Below, in pieces: positions 50,170 through 61,544 of a DNA stretch of 64,000 bases; positions within the stretch are counted from its first letter, which is position 1, and each line of letters begins with the position of its first letter. The DNA is taken from NCBI GenBank assembly GCA_963769025.1, contig CAVYKI010000003.1, forward strand, positions 96,001-160,000, written 5' to 3'. Source of the DNA: an uncultured Verrucomicrobiae bacterium (lineage in GTDB: Bacteria; Verrucomicrobiota; Verrucomicrobiia; Chthoniobacterales; Chthoniobacteraceae). A model generated the notes under the pieces. The model was not told where the DNA came from and did no database searches. It saw only the letters and a list, made by a program, of their open reading frames with translations. The position numbers were made by a program, and so were the translations under genes.

Positions 50170-50349
50170 CTACGCAACCCGAGCGCGGATGATACGTCCG
50201 TTGTTGGTGAGTCGGACGCGTCCGCTCTCCAGCAAGTCCGCGACCGCGGCGGCCGTTTCGTTGGAGTTCCGGCTGACGCTGCTGACGGCGACGACGAGGT
50301 CACCAAGGGTCAGGTTTTTGCGGGGGCTGGATTTGAAGGAGTTTTTCAT
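50170..50349 (-). CDS. Small basic hypothetical protein, 59 aa (paralog A)
   Basis: Manual translation MKNSFKSSPRKNLTLGDLVVAVSSVSRNSNETAAAVADLLESGRVRLTNNGRIIRARVA. Confidence 0.85.
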   Translation of the reverse strand: MKNSFKSSPRKNLTLGDLVVAVSSVSRNSNETAAAVADLLESGRVRLTNNGRIIRARVA

Positions 50350-50385
50350 GGTTGGTGTGAGCGTGGTTGGTTCGAGTTCTAGTTT

Positions 50386-50402
50386 AGCAACCTGCGTGCC
50401 AA
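50386..50402 (-). promoter_or_regulatory. Consensus sigma54 (-24/-12) promoter
   Basis: Minus strand TTGGCACG-CAGG-TTGCT, 36 bp upstream of the paralog A ATG. Confidence 0.85.
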
Positions 50403-50606
50403 GCTCTGATCTGGCGTTGTTTTGTGAAAGGTAAGACGCAACATGCCGGGGTTTTGTTCAATTGATTAAATAAAAAAACTATCTAGTTCCGATTCGCGCA
50501 GCATCGTGTTGTACGGAAGCGAGTTCCAACGGTGGCGAGAAACATCCTCGCAGAGCGCTTTGCGACTCTTTTTGCGAGCCCGGCGGGCTCGGAAAACAAA
50601 TGGGGA

Positions 50607-51197
50607 CTATTTTCCGCAGCTCTTCTTTGTCACAGCGTCGGACCGGCCTATGGTGTCAACGCCCGGACACTTTTCGTCCAACAGTACCGACAGCAACACA
50701 TCGAACTCGACCCGCTGCAGGCGCAGGCACTCAGGGACCGCCTCGGTGTCGCCGAATTTCGCCTGCTCGCACAGGCCCGTGAGAAGGTAGGCGTCCCACG
50801 AACTCTGCTTGGCCATATTTGGGGACATCTGCGCCGCGGCAGCGTGCAACCGGTCGGAAATCAGCAGCCGCCCGGCGCGGCGAAACCAGTAGCGCGCGTT
50901 ATCGAAATCGCCCTCGCGCCGGTGAATCACCCCATGCCAGTAGCTCCCGAGATCGCTGGAGTCGTCCTGGAAAATGCGGTGCGCGGCATCAATGGCGTCC
51001 ACCGCGTTGAGCAGGGCGCCGCGGACGAGCGCGAACATTTTCGGGTCCACGATCTCCTTCCCGCCGCTGAGCGTCTCATCGCTGGCATCGCGGATCTTCC
51101 CGGGCGCCTCCCAATCGACCGGTTCCGTCGGTGTCAGCTTTTTCAGCAGATCGGGATTGCGCAGCAGTCGGTCGATGAAGTCGGAGTAGGCTTCCAT
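50607..51197 (-). CDS. Conserved hypothetical protein
   Basis: AHRIFQDDSSDLGSYWHGVIHRREGDFDNARYWFRRAG motif; host-like codons. Confidence 0.75.
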   Translation of the reverse strand: MEAYSDFIDRLLRNPDLLKKLTPTEPVDWEAPGKIRDASDETLSGGKEIVDPKMFALVRGALLNAVDAIDAAHRIFQDDSSDLGSYWHGVIHRREGDFDNARYWFRRAGRLLISDRLHAAAAQMSPNMAKQSSWDAYLLTGLCEQAKFGDTEAVPECLRLQRVEFDVLLSVLLDEKCPGVDTIGRSDAVTKKSCGK

Positions 51198-51245
51198 TTT
51201 CCGCGAGACTGCCCGCACGCCCCGTTGAATCAAGCCTTCGCGCGA

Positions 51246-53198
51246 CTACTGCTTGCCCTTCACCGTGGCGGGCGAGAGGAGGCGCTGCCTGAGCTGATCC
51301 GAGAGCGCCGGGGAACTGGCGATGAAATCGACCGCTCCCTGCTGATCCGTCCGCGACCAGTGGCGGTAGATGCGTTCCATGGCGTTGTCGCGCGCCGCGG
51401 GATCGTAAATCGTCCCCGCCCACGCTGCGGCGCCCGCGGGATCCTTTTCCGTCACCTGCCGCGCGAATTCTCCCACGGCCGCATCGCGCGAGACTCCGGA
51501 CGGAAGCTTTTCCAGCCACGCCACCGTCTTGGGAATGTCGCGCTCGGCCCATGTGGCCACGATGTTCCGCGTGGCTTTGCTTCGCGCGTCGCCCTCGGGA
51601 AGCGTGGTGGCCCATTGCGCGGCGGCGTTGGGGTCATTGACGGCCCAGCGTGCGGCGAGATTTCCCGTCGCATCCTCCTGAGAGCTGGCAGGCAGCGAGT
51701 TGATCATCTTCGCCGCGCCGCGCGGGTCGCTCTCCGCGATCGAGACGATCACCGTGGAGAGCGCGCGATCCTTCAGCTTTCCATCGGCCAGCGAATTTGC
51801 CCACGCGAGCGCCTCCGTGGAATCGCTCTGCGCCCAGTTGCGCAGCGCCTGGTTCACCATGAATCCATCCGTGCTCATCAGATCCTTCTTTGCGAAATAA
51901 TCGAATGCTGCCTTCGGATCCTGCTGGCTCCACGTGTAGGCGATTCCGGCAAAGGCGGATTTCTGCGTCTCCGCCGGGAGCGACTCGGCCCATGTGAGCG
52001 AGGCAGTCATGTCGGTGCGCGCAAACCGCATCGCCACATTGCTCACGCTCTCCCCTTTCCTCCGGTCCGCGGGCATCTGCGCGACCAATTCGGAAGCGGC
52101 CTTCGGGTCCACGGATGCCAGCGAATCGATGAGCACGCGGGTGGCATTTGTCCGCGCGCTGCCCTCCGGGAGTTCCGCCAGCAGCGCCTTGGCGCCGTCC
52201 GGATCCCGCCCGGCGGTCTGGCCGATCAAGGTGGAGATCGCGGTGTTCCGGAGATCTCCCTCGGCGAGGCCGAGCACCGCCGAGCGTGCGCCTTGCGGAT
52301 CGATCGACGCCCATTGGTTCAGGACGCCCTGAACGGCCTGCGCCTGCTGCGATTTTTCGGAAATGCCGTGCGCCCACGCGAACGCGTCCGCCGGGCTGTT
52401 CTCCGCCCAGCGCGACGCCACCGCGCGGAGCGCCCGGTCGCGGTTCGCACCCTTCGGGAGATCCATCGCCTTCTGCGCCGCGCCATGCCCGTCCGTCTGC
52501 GCCCATGCGCCGAAGACCGTGTCGTAACCGTAGCCGCCGCGCGAGTCATTCGGCATCTGCTGGAGCAGCGCGAGCGCCTGCTGCGGATCGCGCTTCGCGA
52601 GCGAAGCGATGAGGCTCTGCACGGCGTTCGTGCGATGATACCCCGGAGGCAGCGCCGTCACCCAGGCCTTCGCCGCATCCAGGTTTTGCTCCACGAACGC
52701 CGCCATCACGTAGCGCATCGCCTTGTCGCGCCCATTCTTGTCCGTGAGGGTCACGAGATAGTCGCCCGCCGCCTTCGGATCAAATTGCGCCCAGCGGGAA
52801 ATGGCGAACGGCATCAGCAGTTCGCGCGCATCGGGCGGCATGGCGCGGATGCGCGCGATGAGGCCCGGGATTTCCTCGAGTGAAAGTGCCGCCGCCGCCG
52901 CGACCAGATCGTGCGTGCGCTTCAAATCATCCGGCTCGCGGAACGCGCTGAAAAACCGGCTCTCCTTCTCCGTCGCACCGGAAAGGTTCGCAAACTGACC
53001 GGAAGCCCCCGCGCCGCTGCCGCCAGCCGACGAATCGCCCGATCGGACAGACGCTCCCGCGCCAGATGCCGAGGAGCCCGCTGCTTCGTGACCGGATCTT
53101 TCCGTCGTTCCGCCGCTCCCGCCCCCGACAAAATACCCCGCGGCAAAACCACCGGTGCCAATGCACGCGGCGAGGATCAGTTTCAGTTTGTCATTCAT
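51246..53198 (-). CDS. Membrane-anchored alpha-solenoid repeat protein (W-x-x-x-DP-x-AA-x-x-W repeats)
   Basis: N-terminal hydrophobic segment, Gly/Ser linker, then many ~33-aa repeats such as RWAQFDPKAA, QWASIDPQGA, RWAVNDPNAAAQWATTLPEG. Confidence 0.85.
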   Translation of the reverse strand: MNDKLKLILAACIGTGGFAAGYFVGGGSGGTTERSGHEAAGSSASGAGASVRSGDSSAGGSGAGASGQFANLSGATEKESRFFSAFREPDDLKRTHDLVAAAAALSLEEIPGLIARIRAMPPDARELLMPFAISRWAQFDPKAAGDYLVTLTDKNGRDKAMRYVMAAFVEQNLDAAKAWVTALPPGYHRTNAVQSLIASLAKRDPQQALALLQQMPNDSRGGYGYDTVFGAWAQTDGHGAAQKAMDLPKGANRDRALRAVASRWAENSPADAFAWAHGISEKSQQAQAVQGVLNQWASIDPQGARSAVLGLAEGDLRNTAISTLIGQTAGRDPDGAKALLAELPEGSARTNATRVLIDSLASVDPKAASELVAQMPADRRKGESVSNVAMRFARTDMTASLTWAESLPAETQKSAFAGIAYTWSQQDPKAAFDYFAKKDLMSTDGFMVNQALRNWAQSDSTEALAWANSLADGKLKDRALSTVIVSIAESDPRGAAKMINSLPASSQEDATGNLAARWAVNDPNAAAQWATTLPEGDARSKATRNIVATWAERDIPKTVAWLEKLPSGVSRDAAVGEFARQVTEKDPAGAAAWAGTIYDPAARDNAMERIYRHWSRTDQQGAVDFIASSPALSDQLRQRLLSPATVKGKQ

Positions 53199-53344
53199 TC
53201 GGGGCGAAGACGGGGTGGCGTCCTCGGAGACTTAACCACATTCGCACCCGCCCCTTAGCACGCGTGATGGCGCGGCAGCCCGCTGCATTTGCAAATGCGC
53301 GAGCATGGCCACGATTCGCACGGACCCGCGCCCGGGAACCCTTG

Positions 53345-54778
53345 CTACGCGAGGAGCCCTTTCACCACCTTGCCATGCACATCCGTCAGCCGCCGGTTGA
53401 TGCCGTTGTGGTAAAAGGACAGGTGCTCGTGGTCGATGCCGAGCAGGTGCAGGATCGTCGCGTGAAAATCATAGACCGACACCGGATCCGTCACCGCCCG
53501 GTAGCCGACCTCGTCGGTTTCACCGTGGCGGATTCCGGGTTTCACCCCCGCGCCGGCGAGCCAGGATGTGAAGCCGTGCTGGTGATGATCGCGCCCGCGC
53601 CCGGTGCCCTGCGCAAATGGCGTGCGGCCGAATTCGCTCGACCAGACCACCAGCGTGTCTGCGAGCAGGCCGCGTTGCCTGAGGTCCTTCAGCAGCGCGG
53701 CGCACGGCTGGTCGAGCAGCGGGGCCTGGCGGTCGTGATTCTCCTTCACGTCCTCGTGTCCGTCCCAATTGATCCGCGGGGATCCCAGCGCGCCACCGTT
53801 GTACACCTGCACGAACCGCACGCCGCGCTCGATGAGCCGCCGGGCCATCAGGAAATTTTTTGCCGACGGCCCGACGACCGGATTGTCCAGCCCGTAGAGC
53901 CGCCGCGTCGCCTCGGATTCGCTGCGAAAATCGAGCGCCTCCGGGATGCTGGCCTGCATCCGCGCCGCGAGTTCGTAGGCTCGCAGGCGCGCGTGAAGCG
54001 ACGAGTCGCCGGGATTTTTCACGGCGTATTCGCCGTTGAGCTGTGCGAGCAATTGCATCCCCGCCTCGCGCGCAGCGGGCCGGATTTCCGGCGGCGTCGC
54101 GAGATTCGCCACGGGATCGGCGGCACCCATGTTGAAAGTCGTGCCCTGATGCTCGGCCGGCAGAAAGCCGTTGCTCCAGTTCGCCGTCCCGCCGTTCACC
54201 AGCCCGCGCGGGTCGGGCAGCACGACGAACGCGGGCAATTCATCGCTCTCCGAGCCGAGCCCGTACGACAGCCACGCGCCCATGCTCGGAAAGCCCGCGA
54301 GCGTGAATCCGGTGTTCATCTGGTAGCACGCCGGCTGGTGCGCCGGGCTCTTCGCGACCATCGAATGGACGAACGCGATGTCGTCCACGCAAGTCGCGAG
54401 ATGCGGAAAAAGATCGCTCACCCACGCGCCACACTGCCCTTGCCGGCGAAAGCCGTATGCGCTTTTCCGCAGCACGCCGGGCTTGCCGAAAAACGTGTCC
54501 AGTTCGCCCTTGCCCGACAACTGCTGCCCGTCACGCCGCTCCAACTCGGCCTTGAAATCAAACGTCTCCACGTGGCTCACACCGCCGGGCGAGAAAATGT
54601 GGATCACCCGTTTTGCCCGTGGCGGAAAATGCGGCCCGCGCGCGACCGCCGCCTGCGCCTGGTCGCGATTCAGAAGCCACGCAAACGCCGCCGCGCCGAG
54701 GCCCGTGGCCGTCTGGCCGAGAAATCTGCGCCGGTCGAGCAGCGCGTGCGCGCCGGAAGGCATGCCGTGCGTGTTCAT
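53345..54778 (-). CDS. DUF1501 domain protein with twin-arginine leader (intact)
   Basis: [67 protein letters not shown]. Confidence 0.95.
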   Translation of the reverse strand: MNTHGMPSGAHALLDRRRFLGQTATGLGAAAFAWLLNRDQAQAAVARGPHFPPRAKRVIHIFSPGGVSHVETFDFKAELERRDGQQLSGKGELDTFFGKPGVLRKSAYGFRRQGQCGAWVSDLFPHLATCVDDIAFVHSMVAKSPAHQPACYQMNTGFTLAGFPSMGAWLSYGLGSESDELPAFVVLPDPRGLVNGGTANWSNGFLPAEHQGTTFNMGAADPVANLATPPEIRPAAREAGMQLLAQLNGEYAVKNPGDSSLHARLRAYELAARMQASIPEALDFRSESEATRRLYGLDNPVVGPSAKNFLMARRLIERGVRFVQVYNGGALGSPRINWDGHEDVKENHDRQAPLLDQPCAALLKDLRQRGLLADTLVVWSSEFGRTPFAQGTGRGRDHHQHGFTSWLAGAGVKPGIRHGETDEVGYRAVTDPVSVYDFHATILHLLGIDHEHLSFYHNGINRRLTDVHGKVVKGLLA

Positions 54779-57109
54779 GGGAGGTAGAGGAATTCGCTGG
54801 AGTTGAGCAGCGCCCAGCAGACGGTCGCCAGCCCGTGTTCGCGCGCCACTTTTTCGCACGCGGCGGCCTCGCCCGGCTGCGGCGGACGGGAGAAGACGAC
54901 CTCAAACGCGCGGACGATCTGCGCTGCGACTTCGGGCGTTGCCGAGGCGATGCGGTTTGCGAGCTTCGCCGCCTGCCGCACGGCGAAGGTGTCATTCATC
55001 AGTGCCAGCGCCTGCAGCGGCGTGGTGGTCGCGCGACGGCTCGGCGTGTTCACGGCGGGCGACGGGCAATCGAGCGCGTCGAGGAACGGACTGCGCGCAG
55101 TCATCACGTGGATGCGGTAGATGCTCCGCCGGTTGAACTCCGGCTCGTCCTTGTCGAAGAGGTGGTAAAAATACGTGTTGAGCTGCGTGACGGTGAACGG
55201 TGCAAAGCTCGGGCCGCCCATCCGCGGATTCAGGTCGCCGCTCATCGCCAGCATCGCATCGCGCACGACCTCGCCCTCGAGTCGCCGCGAGGGAAAATGC
55301 CACAGCAGCCGGTTGTCGGAATCCATCGACGCCGGGCCGGACGCACGCCCATCGGTGCCCGCGCTCTGACGGTACGTGGCGCTCGTCACGATGAGCCGGT
55401 GCATGGCCTTCACGCTCCAGCCGCGCGCGACGAATTCCCCCGCGAGCCAGTCGAGCAGCCCGGGATGCGAAGGCCGGCCGCCGTTCACGCCGAAGTCGCT
55501 CGGCGTATCCACGAGCCCGGTACCAAAATGCTGCTGCCACAGGCGATTCACCATCACCCGTGCGGTAAACGGATTCTCCGGCCGCGTCACCCAGCGAGCG
55601 AAGCGGACCCGCCGCTCGCCCTCCGGCGCATCCGGCGCGAGGCCCCATTCCGGCTGCGGCTCGCGCACCGCGGACAGCGCGCCGGGAGCCACGACTTCAC
55701 CGGGCTGCCTGATGTCGCCACGGACGAAAATCACGGTCGGCTTTGGCTGCTCGCGATCTCCCGTGAATGCGAGTGTCACGGAAAATCTCGCATCCATCTC
55801 CCCCTTCGACTTGTCGCGCTCGGCCTCGATCTCCTTTCGCTCCGCCGCGAGCGCCGCTTTCACCTCGGGTTTGGCGTCGCTCGCCTTGATCTCCCTGTCC
55901 AGTTCCGCCATCCGCTTTTCACACGCCGCGATGGTTTCGCGAAGCGGCTTCGTCGCCGCCTGCCACTCCGCATCCTCACGCTCGCCGAGCATCCTGCGCA
56001 TGCCATGCTTCTTTGGCAAATGCCCGTGGTCCACGCCTTCGAGCACGGACTTCATGCGATAGTAATCCACCTGCGGAATCGGATCGAACTTGTGATCGTG
56101 GCATCGCGCGCATTGCACGGTGAGCCCGAGAAAGGTCTGGCCGACGGCCCCCACCATTTCCTCGAGCTGCTCCTCGCGCGACTGGAGGCGGCCCAGCTTG
56201 CTCGGCGTGACCCGCGCCAGCGCATCCCACGACCCGGCGACCAGAAAACCCGTCGCCGCGATCCCGCGCGGCGTCACCGGCTGCAGCACATCGCCCGCGA
56301 TCTGTTCGCGGACAAATTGATCGTAAGGCGTGTCGTCGTTGAACGCCTGGATGACGTAGTCGCGGTACGTCCACGCCTGCTTCCGCTGCATGTCCTCCTC
56401 AAAGCCATCGCTCTCGGAAAAGCGCGCAACGTCGAGCCAATGCCGCGCCTGCCGCTCGCCGTATTGCGGCGACGCGAGCAGCCGATCGACCAGCTTTTCA
56501 TAAGCGCGGGGATCGCTCTCTCCGACGAATCGCTCCACGTCCTCCGGCGACGGCGGCAGCCCGGTGAGATCGAGCGTCACACGCCGGATCAACGTGCGCC
56601 GGCCGGCCTCGGTGCCGGGCTTCGACCAAGCTTCGCGAGGCCGACGGCAATGAAATGATCGATCCCATTCACGCCGGCGGCACCTCGGGCCGGCGCACGG
56701 GCTGGAATGCCCAATGCGTCTTCGCAGGATCTTCGCGCTTCACGCCCACATGCCCAGGCCACTCCGCGCCCGCGGCCATCCACGCGCGCATGAGCGACAC
56801 CTGCTTCGGCGTGAGCCGTTCACCGGTCGGCGGCATCCTCTCGTCCTCGTCCGTGCTTTCGATCCGATCGAGCAGCGCGCTCTTCTCCGGCCTTCCCGCC
56901 GCGATGACGGCACCGTTTTCGCCACCGTGAAATGCGCTATCGCGCCCATCGAGCCGGAGCCCGCCCTTCTGCTTCTTCGCCCCATGGCACTCCACACACC
57001 GCTCGCGGAGCACCGGCCAGATTTCCTTTTCAAAGTCCACCGCCTCCGCCGGGCGGAGCAGCCCGGCGATCACAATCGCGGCAATGGATTTCCAAGAGGG
57101 GGGCACCAC
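54775..57109 (-). CDS. PSD1 / planctomycete cytochrome c protein (disrupted near 56600-56670)
   Basis: [67 protein letters not shown]. Confidence 0.92.
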
Positions 57110-57382
57110 GCGAGCACATCGTGATTTCGTCGCCTGCGCAAGCCGCTCCCGCCCGCTTCCGCACAGACACCGGCGGGCAAAGAATACTTGGCAACGCAGA
57201 CCGCGCGGACATGCTCAAGCACAACAAATCGCGCGCATGAAACTTTGCTCAGACCGACCTTTTTTCCGGGCACGCTGCCGGATGGAATCCAACGCGAACC
57301 CGCTCCCGGCGGTTTCACGTCCTTCGTGCGATGTTCACCGTGCAACACGGAGCGCCGTTGGCTGCGAGCTTAGGTCTTTCCC

Positions 57383-58961
57383 ATGCGCATCGGCATCGAT
57401 TTCGGAACCACCCACACGGTCGCAGCGCTCGTCGATCGCGGGAATTTTCCCGTGATCCCGCTCGGCGAACACGACGTCTGCCCTTCGCTCGTCGCCGCGC
57501 ATGCGGATGGCCGCATCGTTTACGGACGGGAAGCCGCTGCGGTCAGCGCGGCGCATGAGCCGGGCTGGCACTGCCTGCGCTCGCTGAAGCGCCTGCTCCA
57601 CGGCGCGGGACCGCTGACCACGGTGGAACTCGCCGGCCGCACTTTCCTGCTCAGCGAACTCCTCGCGGGCTTCCTCTCGCACGTCCGCGAAGTTATCTGC
57701 AGCCACGCCGGGCGCGCCGCGACAAAGGTGATCGAGGCCGCCATCAGCGTTCCGGCGAACTCGTCGAGCGGCCAGCGCCTGCTCACGGTCGATGCCTTCC
57801 GCGCCGCCGGCTTTGATGTGGTGCGCCTGCTGAACGAACCCTCGGCCGCCGCCTGCGAGTACGCGCATCGCCAAAAGCGCTCGCTCTCCGGCCAGCGCGA
57901 GCACGTGCTCGTTTACGATCTCGGGGGCGGAACGTTCGACGCGTCCGTGCTGCGGCTCGACGACCAAGGAGGGGAGGTCGTCGGCTCGGCCGGCATCTCG
58001 CGGCTGGGCGGCGACGATTTCGACAATGTGATTTACCAGCTGACGCTGGAGAAGGCGGGCATCATCGATGCGCAGATGTCGCCGCTATTCCGCGAAATCC
58101 TGCTCGAAGAGTGCCGGACGCAAAAGGAGGCCGTGAGCCCGAACACCCGCAAGCTCATGATCGACCTCGCACACGCCGTCGCTGCCGCGCCCGAACTCGG
58201 GGAGGGCGGCGGAATTCCCGAGACGGTGGTGCTCCAGGCGGAGGCGGTCTATGCCGAGTGCGGCCCGCTCATCCAGGCCAGCCTTGCCTCGATGGACGAT
58301 GCGCTGCAACGACGCCCACGACGGCGCCGGCGTGGACGAAGGCGATCTGGCCGGCATCTACGTGGTGGGCGGGCAGAGCAGCTTTCCGCCGGTGTACCGC
58401 ACGCTGCGCGAACGCTTCGGGCAGCATCGCGTCCACCGCTCGCCGCATCCGTTCGGGTCGATCGCCATCGGCCTCGCCATCCACCTTTCGGAAGGCGGCA
58501 CGCGGCGCATCAAGGAGAAGCTCACCCGCCACATCGGCGTCTTCCGCGAGATCGAGGCGGGGCGTGAAATCTCCTGCGACGTGCTGCTCGCGAAGGACAC
58601 TCCGCTGCCGCCCGCGGGCTCGCCGCCGCTGGAAGTGAAGCGCCGCTACACGCCGCGCCACAATGTCGGCCACTTCCGCTTTTTCGAATGCGCGCGAATC
58701 CAGGCCGGCCGGCCCGAGGGAAACCTCTCGCTCTGGGACGACCTCCGCTTTCCCTTCGACAAGCGCCTGCGCGACACCGAGGACCTCTCCGGCGTGGCCG
58801 TGGAGCGCGGTGGCGAGCAGCCCGAGGTGGAGGAAGTGATCCGCGCCTTTCCCGGCGGCGCGGTGGAAGTGGAGCTGCGCGTCCTCGAAGACGGCTTCTC
58901 GCGCAAGGCGAAGATCTCCCCGCGCGGAGCGCCAGCAGGCCGCGCCGCGGCGCGAAAGTAG
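57383..58961 (+). CDS. Atypical Hsp70-family protein (frameshift near 58305)
   Basis: IGIDFGTT, LLNEPSAAA, VYDLGGGTFDAS, LGGDDFD, IYVVGG; short divergent C-terminus. Confidence 0.88.
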
Positions 58962-59006
58962 GCGCACCGGCGTCCCCCGCGCGGAGTCGGGCCGCGATGC
59001 CCGCGC

Positions 59007-60268
59007 TCAGGGGAAAAGGCCGCGCTGCTTTTTCGCGTCGAAGACGCGCTTGATTCCGAGACTCAGCGCGGCGAACCGCATCGAGATGTTTTGCTTGCGG
59101 CTCATGTGCAGCGTGTGCGTGAACGCGCCTTCGAGGATGCGGAACAATTTGTCCGTCACCTCGGACTCGGACCAGAAGAAGCTCTGGAAATCCTGCACCC
59201 ATTCAAAGTAGGACGCCACGACGCCGCCCGCGTTGCAGAGGATGTCGGGGATGACGAAGATGTCGCCGCGCTGCTGGAGGATGACGTCGGCCTCGGGCGT
59301 GGTCGGGCCGTTCGCGCCCTCGGCGAGGATGCGGCATTTCAGCCGCGGCGCATTTTCCGCGGTGATCTGCCGCTCCAGCGCGCAGGGCGCGAGGATGTCG
59401 CACGGCAGTTCCAGCAGCGCCGCGTGGGGAATCTGCTCCGCGCCGGCGAAGCCCTTCACCGTGCGCGTCGTGGCGACGTGGTGTTCGAGCGCGGTGATGT
59501 CGAGCCCCCTGGCATTGAAAATCGCGCCGTGGACGTCGCTGATGGCGGTGACCTTCATGCCGTAGCGCGACGAGCGAGTGCGCGGCGACCGGAGCCGACA
59601 TTGCCAAATCCCTGCACGACCGCCGTGGCCTTCGTCGGGTCCATCTTCAGCACGTCCATCGCGCGATTGATGAGATAGCCCACGCCGCGGCCGGTGGCTT
59701 CGCGGCGGCCGAGCGAGCCGCCGAGGTTCACGGGTTTGCCGGTGACGACGCCCGGCACGCTGTGGCCGCAGCGTCATGCGAGTAGGTGTCCATCATCCAC
59801 GCCATCGTCTGCTCGTTGGTGCCCATGTCGGGCGCGGGGATGTCCGTCTGCGGGCCGATGAATGGCATGATTTCCTGCGTGTAGCGGCGCGTGATACGTT
59901 CGAGTTCCAGCTGGGTCAGGTTGCTGCGGATCGCAGGTGACGCCGCCTTTCGCGCCGCCGTAGGGCAGTCCCGCAGCGCGCACTTCCAGCTCATCCACAT
60001 CGCGAGCGCTGCGACTTCGCCGATGGTGACTTCCGGGTGGTAGCGCACGCCGCCCTTCGTCGGGCCGCAGCGCGAGATGGTGCTGCACGCGGTATCCGGT
60101 GAAGACCGCGGCGCTTCCGTCCTCGCGGTGGATGGGGATCGCCACGGCCAGCGCGCGCTTCGGGTACTTCAGCCGGTCGCGGAAGGCCTCCGGGATTTCC
60201 AAGTGATCCGCCACCAGATCGAACTGGTGGCACGCCATGTCGAAAACGGGATGCCGGTAGAGATCCAT
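59007..60268 (-). CDS. Glu/Leu/Phe/Val dehydrogenase, probably glutamate dehydrogenase (frameshifted)
   Basis: [70 protein letters not shown]. Confidence 0.93.
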
Positions 60269-60414
60269 GCCGCACGATGGCCGCGCAGCGGCGGGAGGAC
60301 AAACGCAGATTCGCTTCGCGTCGAAAAACGCCCCGCAATTCGAGTTGTCCCCCCTTCGTTTTGCCGCAATGTTCGCCCCCTTTCCGCAGCCAACACACAT
60401 CCACACACATCACC

Positions 60415-61492
60415 ATGTCTGACAACAAACGATTCCGCGCCGGCGTTCTTTTCGGAGACGAAGTCAAGGAACTGCTCGATTACGCCAAGGCCACCGGATT
60501 CGCGCTGCCGGCGATCAACTGCATCGGCACCAACTCGGTCAACGCCACGCTGGCGGCCGCGCGTGAGGTGAAGTCGCCCACGATGATTCAGTTCTCGAAC
60601 GGCGGCGCGCAGTTTTTCATCGGCAAGACGGTCAAGGGCGACAACCAGCTCGGCCCGGTGCTCGGCGGCATCGCCGGCGCGCATTACGTGGATGCGGCGG
60701 CGAAGGCCTACGGCGTGCCCGGTGATTCTGAACACCGATCATTGCGCGAAGAAGCTGCTCCCGTGGGTGGACGGCCTGCTGGCGGCGAGCGAGGAGCAGT
60801 TCGCCAAGACCGGCAAGCCGCTCTACAGCTCGCACATGCTCGATCTTTCCGAGGAGCCGCTGCACGAGAACCTCGAGATCTGCGCCAAGTATCTCGAGCG
60901 CATGACGAAGATGGGCATGACGCTCGAGATCGAACTCGGCGTGACCGGCGGCGAAGAGGACGGCGTGGACAATTCCGGCGTCGAGGAATCCAGCCTCTAC
61001 ACGAAGCCCGAGGAAGTCGCCGAGGCCTACAAGACGCTGAGCAAGATCAGCCCGAATTTCACCGTCGCCGCCGCGTTCGGCAACGTGCATGGCGTTTACA
61101 AGCCGGGCAACGTGAAGCTCAAGCCGACGATCCTGCAAGACTCGCAGGAGTACATCGAGAAGACCCTCGGCACCGGGCCGAAGCCGGTGAACTTCGTCTT
61201 CCACGGCGGCTCGGGCTCGACCCGCGAGGAAATCCGCGAGGCGATCAGCTACGGCGCGATCAAGATGAACCTCGACACCGACGTGCAGTGGGCGTTCTGG
61301 GACGGCGTGCGCGCATACGAGGCGAAGAACCACGACTATCTCCAGGGCCAGATCGGCAATCCGAACGGTCCCGATGCGCCGAACAAAAAATACTACGACC
61401 CGCGCGTCTGGCTCGGCGCCGCGGAGGACTCCGCGACGAAGCGGCTGCTCACTTCGTTCGAGGATCTGAACTGCGTCAACCGCAACGCATAG
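60415..61492 (+). CDS. fbaA: Class II (type A) fructose-bisphosphate aldolase (one frameshift near 60720)
   Basis: FALPAIN, IQFSNGGA, TDHCAKKLLPWVDG, SSHMLDLSEE, FGNVHGVYKPGNV, VFHGGSGS, PNKKYYDPRVW. Confidence 0.96.
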
Positions 61493-61544
61493 GCGTCCCC
61501 TTCGCGGCAGAGAACGCCGGCGGTCACAAAACACGCCGGAGCGG

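Noticed and set aside
50062..50434. Plus-strand ORFs with an internal repeat (50062-50382, 50066-50434)
   Set aside because: They are the antisense image of the two minus-strand microprotein paralogs, which have the promoter and proper starts.
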